A DNA stretch of 64,000 nt from a virus, in the IMG/VR virus record IMGVR_UViG_3300011102_000438; one strand, given 5' to 3'. Positions 31,226 to 38,322 of this stretch are shown here, piece by piece (position 1 is the stretch's first letter; every line of letters starts with the position of its first letter). Below the pieces are notes generated by a model. That model saw only the letters and a program-made list of their open reading frames with translations, did no database searches and was not told the origin of the DNA. The position numbers were made by a program, and so were the translations under genes.

Positions 31226-31527
31226 ACCCGGTCCGCCTCTTTCTCCCAATCTCCCGGCCTGCCCCACTGCCTTAACCGGTCATTCCAGAAATACAACCAG
31301 TAAACCTCTGTTATCCACCCACTCCACGGGTCATACCGACTATACTGCAACACCTCTATCGTCCCACCCGGGTATTGTTTGGCACCAATCAAATTGTCAG
31401 GATTCCTACCTAAAGCCTGCACCACCTCATACTTGGACATACCCATACGGATTCGGGATAAATCTATCCTTTTACTGGCAGCGCAGGACGCGAACAGAGC
31501 GAAAATAACAAGGAACAGATACTTCAT
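31204..31527 (-). CDS. Lipoprotein, SmpA/OmlA (BamE)-like fold
   Basis: Lipobox FASC; IRMGMSKYEVVQALGRNPD pattern. Confidence 0.65.
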   Translation of the reverse strand: MKYLFLVIFALFASCAASKRIDLSRIRMGMSKYEVVQALGRNPDNLIGAKQYPGGTIEVLQYSRYDPWSGWITEVYWLYFWNDRLRQWGRPGDWEKEADRVYEFRFR

Positions 31528-31605
31528 ACAAACGGGTTAAAAAAGGCTAACGAACAGGGATAAATATTTATTGTAGATTAACAGGAATATAGTAGATTTG
31601 GAGGG

Positions 31606-31956
31606 ATGATAGACCCAAAGGAGTTAAGAATCGGCAATTGGTACAATTTTGCCAATCCATTGAACGGCGGTTCTGAGCCGCAAATGTTCAGTAATTGGAC
31701 GCAAGCTCAGGATTTTGTGGCTTATGGTGAACCTATCCCCCTTACCCTCGAAGTCATCGAAAGGTGGTGCGGTTTCAGAAATGAAGGCTTGACCTACAGC
31801 GGCTATGTTTTTCTTAAAGAAGTTTTGTCCGGCTTCAGGCTGGAACAATACGACGATTATTTTATGTTCTCCGAGTGTGGAGAAAATAAAGCCTGCGCGA
31901 ACCGACTGAAATATCTCCATCAATTGCAAAACGCATATTACTTTTTGAGTAATTAG
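31606..31956 (+). CDS. Bacteroidota phage hypothetical protein
   Basis: ELRIGN start, EPIPLT and LKYLHQLQN motifs. Confidence 0.6.
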   Translation: MIDPKELRIGNWYNFANPLNGGSEPQMFSNWTQAQDFVAYGEPIPLTLEVIERWCGFRNEGLTYSGYVFLKEVLSGFRLEQYDDYFMFSECGENKACANRLKYLHQLQNAYYFLSN

Positions 31957-31995
31957 CAGGAACTGGAAGTAAAGGTGCCGGCGAAAGTTGCATAA

Positions 31996-32361
31996 CTAAC
32001 TATTCAACAGCCCCTCCAATTCCGCTACCTTCTTATCCTGCTCATACTTCCACACCCTTCTCCCTAATGGCGTATCCCGCTCAGGAGGGATTTTCTCAGC
32101 CCGTATAGCCCTTATTTCAGCCAATATCTCCTCCCGCGACTTCCCCACACCACCTCCACTAACAGCCCCGCCACGCGCCTTAAAACGATCCACACCCGTA
32201 TCCTCATCACCCACAACCCCCCCCGCCTTCCAACGCTTGTATTCCGCATACTCCGCCGCCCGCTTTACACGATAATCCCGCTGACGACACGCCGCCGAAC
32301 AATAAACCCCCTTCCGATTCTTCGGACTAAAACCCTTACCGCATACTATACACGCTTTCAT
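31996..32361 (-). CDS. Zinc-binding hypothetical protein
   Basis: CIVC...YCSAAC motif. Confidence 0.55.
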   Translation of the reverse strand: MKACIVCGKGFSPKNRKGVYCSAACRQRDYRVKRAAEYAEYKRWKAGGVVGDEDTGVDRFKARGGAVSGGGVGKSREEILAEIRAIRAEKIPPERDTPLGRRVWKYEQDKKVAELEGLLNS

Positions 32362-32519
32362 AAACACAAAAATAACGTTATTTTATAAGATTTTCCCGCC
32401 GGTCAGTATAAGATAACGCCCCAAAAACCTTTATATACCCCACAAAAACTCTCTAACCAATCGTAGAAGTAGACATGGATAGCACGCGCGAAAGAAGTGG
32501 GGGAGATCCGGAATACTCG

Positions 32520-32562
32520 GGCGTAGAAATGGATAAGTGGGGCGTAGAAATGGATAAGTGGG
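32520..32562. repeat. Tandem duplication of a 21-bp unit (ggcgtagaaatggataagtgg-like)
   Basis: Two adjacent near-identical copies. Confidence 0.8.
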
Positions 32563-32950
32563 GTAATTGTATTGCTACAGGGGGGCACGCTGGCAAAGGG
32601 GAAACGCGGATTCTGCAACGGGGTGGGGTCTGCTTTTGACTTTTTGAATTGAAAAACGGACTAACTTCGCTCTGACAAGCCGAGACGCGAAAAGTGATAG
32701 TGCTTTTTCTTTTCTGTCTTTTTATCTTAAAGAAATCAGGGATGGGCAAAAGGAGAAACGCGAGGGGAAATTCGTGCTCTCAAAGCTTGTCTTATAATAA
32801 ACATTATGTTAAGTAGGATAGTTAAAGCGCTGATTCTCAACCACCCCCTACCCTACTGTGTTTTGGTTGCAAATGTGCTCTGTGTCAATCATATTAAGTG
32901 ATTATCTCATAACTAAACCCTTGGTTTCCAACCTGCATTAATCAGCGTAT

Positions 32951-33301
32951 ATGCAATACGCACCTACTGATGCTTATATGGCTGTTATAAAGGCAATACG
33001 CGACCTTCCGGGCCGGAATAATACTATTGACTATCTTTTATTACAGACGCTGTATGCGGCTGAAAAAAGCCTCTCATTTAATGCAATTTTTAAGACGTTT
33101 CATTCGTCCGGCTATTCCCGAAGCAACCAGACGTATTACAATGCCTTTGACAGGCTTATTGCTAAAGGCTGGGTGAATGTGGAGTATAACAAACGCGGCT
33201 GGCGCCGTTGGTCTATTACCCCCGGCGGGCGTATTGAGATAGAGCGATTGAACCGACGGGCGATGGAGTATCTTAAAATGCAGGATCAGGACAGTAAATA
33301 A
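32951..33301 (+). CDS. Winged helix-turn-helix protein
   Basis: YNAFDRLIAKGWV...WSITPGG MarR/PadR-like pattern. Confidence 0.65.
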   Translation: MQYAPTDAYMAVIKAIRDLPGRNNTIDYLLLQTLYAAEKSLSFNAIFKTFHSSGYSRSNQTYYNAFDRLIAKGWVNVEYNKRGWRRWSITPGGRIEIERLNRRAMEYLKMQDQDSK

Positions 33302-33458
33302 GGTGTTGAGTCGTTTATCTGGGGTTTATACCGGTCTATGGGCTTGGTCGGGATCATATAACGCAGCTATAAGCCGTTCGCGTGGGGGTTTAACCCCTTT
33401 TTCTACTGCCTTTTTTATTCCTCTACTTTCTCTTTAACACTTTCTTGCACCTTGGCAC

Positions 33459-33545
33459 ACAGCAAGTTACAACTTTTTTTCAAAAAAATTGAAAAAAAGT
33501 TTGAAAAAAATTGGAAATTGCGAATTCGCAACGTATATTTGCATT
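33459..33545 (+). promoter_or_regulatory. Bacteroidota sigma-A-type promoter with palindromic operator (copy 1)
   Basis: TATATTTG at 33534-33541 fits TAnnTTTG; perfect palindrome TTGCGAATTCGCAA at 33518-33531; upstream A/T tracts. Confidence 0.7.
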
Positions 33546-33590
33546 GTCAACGTTAATCAAGTTTCTTTTAACTCAAAAAACTTCGCAAGT

Positions 33591-33827
33591 ATGAAAAAAG
33601 TATTGTATGCAATGATTGTTGCAAGTCTGTTCGTAACAGCATGTGTTTCTAAGAGAGAAACAGAAGAGCCCGAGACCTCCTGCTGGGAATTGATGCGTCA
33701 CTATCAGGTACTGATTCGTTATGATAGTACTTACGTGTACGACGGAACCGAGCTGATAGGTGCAGCGCCGTGGAGCGACGATGGCAGATGCGCAATTGAT
33801 TCTGTTATAATGCAGACTAATTATTGA
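33591..33827 (+). CDS. Small lipoprotein
   Basis: MKKVLYAMIVASLFVTAC lipobox; start after the aacttcgcaagt leader. Confidence 0.6.
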   Translation: MKKVLYAMIVASLFVTACVSKRETEEPETSCWELMRHYQVLIRYDSTYVYDGTELIGAAPWSDDGRCAIDSVIMQTNY

Positions 33828-33843
33828 TGAGCTTTTATCAAGA

Positions 33844-33901
33844 GGTTAACTGACGAGGCGTTAGTCGCCGAAACCCCGCTGGTCGCGGCGGGGTCTTAAC
33901 C
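33844..33901 (+). ncRNA. Type I hammerhead ribozyme HH1 (predicted cleavage after C33895)
   Basis: GGTTAA-CTGACGA-GGCG ttagt CGCC-GAAA-CCCCGCT ggtcgc GGCGGGG-TC-TTAACC. Confidence 0.92.
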
Positions 33902-33915
33902 AAAAAAACTTCGCA

Positions 33916-34200
33916 ATGAAAACAATCACTGATTTTAAAAAGAAAATGACAAAAGGGGCAACCGTAAAGACGCAACTTTTTCGGAACGACAAAGACGGCA
34001 ATCTTCAATTGTGCCGGGATTATGGGCCACGCAAGGTGAGTATTACGCAAACAAATTCTTTTGCGTTGGAGACCGAAACGCCCGAAGGCATGGTAAACAG
34101 TTGGTGCGCTTGGCCCAAAAAAAATGAATTTGTTCCGTTAGGTGATAATAAGGCGGAAATTCATTTCCAAGGTGGCAAGCTCATCTACGAATTTGTTTAA
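33916..34200 (+). CDS. Hypothetical early protein
   Basis: 94 aa; ATG 20 nt after the HH1 cleavage site. Confidence 0.7.
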   Translation: MKTITDFKKKMTKGATVKTQLFRNDKDGNLQLCRDYGPRKVSITQTNSFALETETPEGMVNSWCAWPKKNEFVPLGDNKAEIHFQGGKLIYEFV

Positions 34201-34219
34201 TCTCAAAACTTTACTTATT

Positions 34220-34465
34220 ATGAAAAAACTCTTATTAAGCTCTTTGATGATGCTTTCCGTTGCCGCTTTCGCGCAAGACAAGCACTGCAAAGGTACTAAA
34301 AAAGACGGCACAGCGTGCAAGTCAACGATTATTAATAAAGCGGGATATTGCCGGGTTCACGACCCAAATGCGGTCAAATGCGCGGGCAAAAACAGCAAAG
34401 GCCAGCCCTGCGGGATGATTCCCCCCAAAGGCGAAAAGTACTGCAGGCATCATAAGAGAGGTTAA
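34220..34465 (+). CDS. Secreted small protein with two C-C-C-H zinc-knuckle-like repeats
   Basis: Signal peptide MKKLLLSSLMMLSVAAFA; CKGTKKDGTAC...YCRVH and CAGKNSKGQPC...YCRHH; stop TAA lies in HH2 stem I. Confidence 0.7.
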   Translation: MKKLLLSSLMMLSVAAFAQDKHCKGTKKDGTACKSTIINKAGYCRVHDPNAVKCAGKNSKGQPCGMIPPKGEKYCRHHKRG

Positions 34466-34517
34466 CTGATGAGCTCTTAATGAGCGAAACAGGGTGTGTC
34501 AACACCCTGTCTTAACC
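34460..34517 (+). ncRNA. Type I hammerhead ribozyme HH2 (predicted cleavage after C34511)
   Basis: GGTTAA-CTGATGA-GCTC ttaat GAGC-GAAA-CAGGGTGT gtca ACACCCTG-TC-TTAACC. Confidence 0.92.
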
Positions 34518-34530
34518 AAAAAACCAAGCT

Positions 34531-34752
34531 ATGAACACACAACACATTATCGAAGACATTACAAAAGCTGTTAACAATTACAGATTGATCAAAGATCGTA
34601 TTGCTGCCCTTTCTGCGAAAGGCTACCGGGTGGAGATTAGACCGATGGGGCCCGGCGGTGTCTTCCAAGTGCGGCAGGCCTCTGGTGAGACACGCGTGCA
34701 AATCGGGTACGGCCGCGGGCGCTGGAACTATGCCCCGGTAGTGATTCTGTAG
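34531..34752 (+). CDS. Hypothetical early protein
   Basis: 73 aa, starts just after HH2. Confidence 0.65.
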   Translation: MNTQHIIEDITKAVNNYRLIKDRIAALSAKGYRVEIRPMGPGGVFQVRQASGETRVQIGYGRGRWNYAPVVIL

Positions 34753-34791
34753 CCAAGGTGGGCGCGCCATGCGCCCGCTTCCCCCTGACAG

Positions 34792-34878
34792 ACAGCAAGT
34801 TACAACTTTTTTGAAAAAAAATTGAAAAAAGTTGAAAAAAAATTTGGAAATTGCGAATTCGCAACGTATATTTGCATT
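34792..34878 (+). promoter_or_regulatory. Bacteroidota promoter with palindromic operator (copy 2)
   Basis: Near-duplicate of 33459-33545; TTGCGAATTCGCAA at 34851-34864; TATATTTG at 34867-34874. Confidence 0.7.
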
Positions 34879-34914
34879 ATCAAACAAAATTCTTTAAAAC
34901 AAAACTTCGCAAGT

Positions 34915-35166
34915 ATGAAAAAAGTATTTATTAAAGACGAATTGACACAGCAGTATTACGGTGTACAATGCGAAAGTAACCCTAAGGGTTACCTGACCAG
35001 CGACGCAGACGAAGGCAGCCCCGGGCCTTATGACTTTTCATTCTGGACTGCCGACATAGAAGAAGCCTATAATTTCGGCTCGGAGTTGTCCGCCACCAAC
35101 GAAATGAAAGGCTGTGATCTTACAGAAGACGGTACACGCAAGCCGGTAATCGTTGAGGTTAACTGA
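34915..35166 (+). CDS. Acidic hypothetical early protein
   Basis: Start after the aacttcgcaagt leader; ends EVN* inside HH3. Confidence 0.65.
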   Translation: MKKVFIKDELTQQYYGVQCESNPKGYLTSDADEGSPGPYDFSFWTADIEEAYNFGSELSATNEMKGCDLTEDGTRKPVIVEVN

Positions 35167-35214
35167 TGAGTCCTGAATGGACGAAACCGGGCTGATCGAG
35201 GCCCGGTCTTAACC
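35157..35214 (+). ncRNA. Type I hammerhead ribozyme HH3 (predicted cleavage after C35208)
   Basis: GGTTAA-CTGATGA-GTCC tgaat GGAC-GAAA-CCGGGC...GCCCGG-TC-TTAACC. Confidence 0.92.
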
Positions 35215-35229
35215 AAAAAACTTCGCTTT

Positions 35230-35592
35230 ATGACCTACACAAGAGTAATACCGCGCGACTTTTTTAATGAAGGAAAATTACTAAAATGCATGGGCGTGCT
35301 GTCTTTAAAAATTCTGGATCGCAGGTTGCCCGAAGGCGTGCAGATTGAAATTGATGAACCCGGCGAACCCTTTAAGATTCAACTAACTGACGATGGATTA
35401 TTAACCGTTGTTAACTATCCGGTTACCGTGAACGGGAAAACGGTATTTTTTGGAACTATTTACAATTCAAAAGCGAATTTGCCCTTGTTTGCCCGTTCTG
35501 AAAGTTACGAAGACTTCCAAGTGTTTGATGACAATGGAGATTTTTCCAGTGAATTTATTGAGTTTGCCAAGAGGTTAACTGACGAGGGTTGA
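35230..35592 (+). CDS. Hypothetical phage protein
   Basis: 120 aa, YTRVIPRDFFNEGKLLKC; last codons run through the HH4 core. Confidence 0.7.
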   Translation: MTYTRVIPRDFFNEGKLLKCMGVLSLKILDRRLPEGVQIEIDEPGEPFKIQLTDDGLLTVVNYPVTVNGKTVFFGTIYNSKANLPLFARSESYEDFQVFDDNGDFSSEFIEFAKRLTDEG

Positions 35593-35626
35593 TTACCCGA
35601 AACCGGTAGCAATACCGGTCTTAACC
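35573..35626 (+). ncRNA. Type I hammerhead ribozyme HH4 (predicted cleavage after C35620)
   Basis: GGTTAA-CTGACGA-GGGT tgatt ACCC-GAAA-CCGGTA gcaa TACCGG-TC-TTAACC. Confidence 0.92.
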
Positions 35627-35642
35627 AAAAAAACTTCGCACA

Positions 35643-35873
35643 ATGACACACAATCCAATCGTCACCTTGGCAGAGCTTTGCCAAAAAAAATTCGGCGCCA
35701 ACATTATTACCCGCGTGGTGAGCAAGACCGGCCCAGACCATATGCCCGTAATTACGGTGGAAATTGAACTACCTAACGGCGCTGTATACACAGCGTCGGG
35801 CAGCAATCAAAAAATTGCGCGGCAGAACGCCGCTGATCAGGCTCTGGCAGAAATGTTTCATGAGGTTAACTGA
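35643..35873 (+). CDS. Stand-alone double-stranded RNA-binding domain (dsRBD) protein
   Basis: NPIVTLAELCQK...TGPDHMP...ASGSNQKIARQNAADQAL matches the dsrm consensus; ends EVN* inside HH5. Confidence 0.8.
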   Translation: MTHNPIVTLAELCQKKFGANIITRVVSKTGPDHMPVITVEIELPNGAVYTASGSNQKIARQNAADQALAEMFHEVN

Positions 35874-35921
35874 TGAGCTGTTATGCAGCGAAACCGGGCC
35901 GATCGTGGCCCGGTCTTAACC
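35864..35921 (+). ncRNA. Type I hammerhead ribozyme HH5 (predicted cleavage after C35915)
   Basis: GGTTAA-CTGATGA-GCTG ttatg CAGC-GAAA-CCGGGCC gatcgt GGCCCGG-TC-TTAACC. Confidence 0.92.
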
Positions 35922-35934
35922 AAAAAAACTTACT

Positions 35935-36438
35935 ATGGCACACATCATCGAAAACGTAGTTCAATTTAAATCGGGCCACGCGCTCGAACTGGAACAGGTA
36001 AAATCTATCTGCACTGGCGCTGGTGGCGCACGTGCAACAGATTCTCAAATCCGTGAATATCTGAAAGATGAAGGCTGGCAGACTGATGCTATTGATGAAT
36101 TTATAGAATTCATCAACGAAGGTGATAATTTGTTTTCATTAATACTCCGCATGCGCAATGCAGCGGAAACACAAGACCTTGCAGAACTGTATGAAGAGCA
36201 AGTGGACAAAAATCTGTTTAACGAAAAAACAGATTATGATCGTGACGCTACCGGGCTGTTTTTCGATCTCGATGCAAACAAATTTGTTTTCATTACTGAA
36301 GTGACTGAACACAACGGCTGGCGCGAAGCGTTCGAGCAACACAACAATGTTGTGTTCATTGATTATATAAACGCTGCAGATGCTGTATACAAAGACTTGA
36401 ACGAATTAATAGAACAATATAAACGGAAATACGCTTAA
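35935..36438 (+). CDS. Acidic hypothetical protein
   Basis: 167 aa after HH5; N-terminus paralogous to 41272-41481. Confidence 0.7.
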   Translation: MAHIIENVVQFKSGHALELEQVKSICTGAGGARATDSQIREYLKDEGWQTDAIDEFIEFINEGDNLFSLILRMRNAAETQDLAELYEEQVDKNLFNEKTDYDRDATGLFFDLDANKFVFITEVTEHNGWREAFEQHNNVVFIDYINAADAVYKDLNELIEQYKRKYA

Positions 36439-36481
36439 TGCGTATTTCCTCCTTTTTTCTTAACAAAACAAAAAAACTTAC

Positions 36482-36670
36482 ATGAAGAAGAAAAAAATAA
36501 ACATGACCGTAACCGAATATGCAGCGCTGCGGGGTATTAGCACGCAAGCGGTGCGCAAAGCAATTAAAATGAGCTATAAACTGCCCGGTGTTTTGTCGCA
36601 CCGGAAGAGCGGAAATGTACATTTGCTAACGGTGCAGGTAGACCAGATTAACCAAACTGATAAGTCATAA
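36482..36670 (+). CDS. Helix-turn-helix DNA-binding protein
   Basis: MTVTEYAALRGISTQAVRKAIK. Confidence 0.7.
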   Translation: MKKKKINMTVTEYAALRGISTQAVRKAIKMSYKLPGVLSHRKSGNVHLLTVQVDQINQTDKS

Positions 36671-36687
36671 GTGCTCTTGCTGACCAG

Positions 36688-36715
36688 CCCGGCCACCATT
36701 GGCCGGGATTTTTTT
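36688..36715 (+). terminator. Rho-independent terminator of the ribozyme operon
   Basis: CCCGGCCA-loop-TGGCCGGG followed by a T run. Confidence 0.75.
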
Positions 36716-36724
36716 GTATCTTTA

Positions 36725-36791
36725 GCGCCTCTTGGCGTTTTTCTTGCGAAGTTCCGCCAAGATTGGGCAGGTGTAAAAACCTGCCTTTTTT
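36725..36791 (+). ncRNA. Candidate small antisense RNA (hairpin plus terminator)
   Basis: Stem TCTTGGCG/CGCCAAGA; loop CTTGCGAAGTT is complementary to the AACTTCGCAAG gene leaders; terminator GGCAGGT...ACCTGCC-T6. Confidence 0.5.
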
Positions 36792-36832
36792 ACTATTAAA
36801 TTCCAAAGAAAGCCAACGCACTTCAGTCGTTG

Positions 36833-36958
36833 GATGAATTTCCTAAACTAAAAAGTAGAATACCTACACTATGGACACGTTCCTATTATTGTGAAAGTAT
36901 TGGACATATTTCAGAAGAGGCGGTTAAAAAATATATAGCAGACCAAAAGAATGTATAA
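36833..36958 (+). pseudogene. tnpA: C-terminal remnant of Y1 transposase TnpA
   Basis: Translates DEFPKLKSRIPTLWTRSYYCESIGHISEEAVKKYIADQKNV*; no start codon and no HUH motif. Confidence 0.8.
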
Positions 36959-38051
36959 TATCTCATACAAGGCATATAAAACAAAGAAACTAAAGCACCT
37001 ACATAGGAGTATAACAACTTCTGCGTGGATTTGGAATCATTGTATAGCATTGCAAAAAAGATATTACGCATTATACGGAGGTTATATAAATGTAAACAGA
37101 CTCCAAAAACACATTGCTAAACTTAGAAATAAAAATCCTCAATGGAAAGAACTTAATTCACAGTCTGTACAAGAGATATGTCAAAGAGTTGATGAAGCTT
37201 ATAAAAGATTTTTTAAAGGTTTAGCTAAACGCCCACCCAAGTTTAAAAAGGCAATAAATTTTAACTCTTTTGTACTAAAACAAAGCGGTTGGAAAATAGA
37301 AGATAATATTTTAACAATAAATAAAAGAAAATATAAATTTAGCAAATCAAGAGAATATGGAAACATAAAAAGAATAGTAGTAAAGAGAAACAAACTTGGA
37401 GAGATTTTCTTTGTTCTTTGTTGTGATTTAAAGCCGATAAAATACGAAAGAGTAGGTGATACTACCATCGGAATAGATTTCGGTTTAAAAACACTACTAA
37501 CTTTATCTAACGGACAAGAAATACAATCACCAGAGTTTTTCAAAAGCAATTTAAAAGCTATAAAATCTCTAAACAGACAACTTTCTAAGAAAAAGAGAGG
37601 TTCTAAAAACAGAAGGAAAGCTTTAAAAAAACTCCAAAGAGCTCATATTGATATATCAAATAAAAGAAATGATTTTGAGTGGAAGTTAGCCCACGAGCTT
37701 TGTAAAAACCACTCTTTCATAGCTTTAGAAGATTTGAATATAGAGGGTATGAAGCGACTTTGGAGTAGAAAAGTATCAGATTTAAGTTTTTCAAGTTTTG
37801 TTCTGAAATTAGAACAAGTAGCCAATAAGTACGGCACAGTAATTCAAAAAGTTGACAGGTGGTTTGCTTCATCTAAAACCTGTACTTGTGGAGTTGTAAA
37901 TAAAGATTTAAAGCTGTCTGATAGAGAGTGGGTTTGTTCGAGTTGTGGAGAAATACACTCAAGAGATTTATTAGCAGCAAATAATATACTAAGCGAGGGC
38001 ATTCGCTTATACCGTACTAAATGTAAGACCAACATGCAGTTGGCAGTTTAG
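36951..38051 (+). CDS. tnpB: RNA-guided endonuclease TnpB
   Basis: RuvC GIDFG, ALEDL, RDLLAANNI; zinc finger CTC...CSSC. Confidence 0.92.
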   Translation: MYNISYKAYKTKKLKHLHRSITTSAWIWNHCIALQKRYYALYGGYINVNRLQKHIAKLRNKNPQWKELNSQSVQEICQRVDEAYKRFFKGLAKRPPKFKKAINFNSFVLKQSGWKIEDNILTINKRKYKFSKSREYGNIKRIVVKRNKLGEIFFVLCCDLKPIKYERVGDTTIGIDFGLKTLLTLSNGQEIQSPEFFKSNLKAIKSLNRQLSKKKRGSKNRRKALKKLQRAHIDISNKRNDFEWKLAHELCKNHSFIALEDLNIEGMKRLWSRKVSDLSFSSFVLKLEQVANKYGTVIQKVDRWFASSKTCTCGVVNKDLKLSDREWVCSSCGEIHSRDLLAANNILSEGIRLYRTKCKTNMQLAV

Positions 38052-38322
38052 GTTTGAAAGTAGAATCCCACGTGTTTTAACCGTGGGAGTATGTCAATTT
38101 CCTGAAGTAAGTACCGGTACAGCCGGTTGAATGAAATTTACAAATCAGTTGAAAAAAGTGTTGGGTCAGTAGAAAGAAATTGAAATATTAGGCGCAATCA
38201 GGATGCATGATTTACCTAGATGGTGGTGGGGAAAAGCTGTTAGGGCAGTCACACTTTTGAATTTGACACGCGTTTATAGTGGAATACAGCCAATGACTTG
38301 CCAAAAGACACATTGGCTAAAG

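Larger units (their letters stand above)
36794..38097 (+). mobile_element. IS200/IS605-family element with internally deleted tnpA and intact tnpB
   Basis: TTAC just left, subterminal hairpins (CCAACG..CGTTGG; CCCACG..CGTGGG), right end TCAA; much lower GC than flanks. Confidence 0.8.

Noticed and set aside
36450..36482. Sixth hammerhead before the HTH gene
   Set aside because: Only the CTTAAC-A-rich leader is present; no CTGANGA/GAAA core
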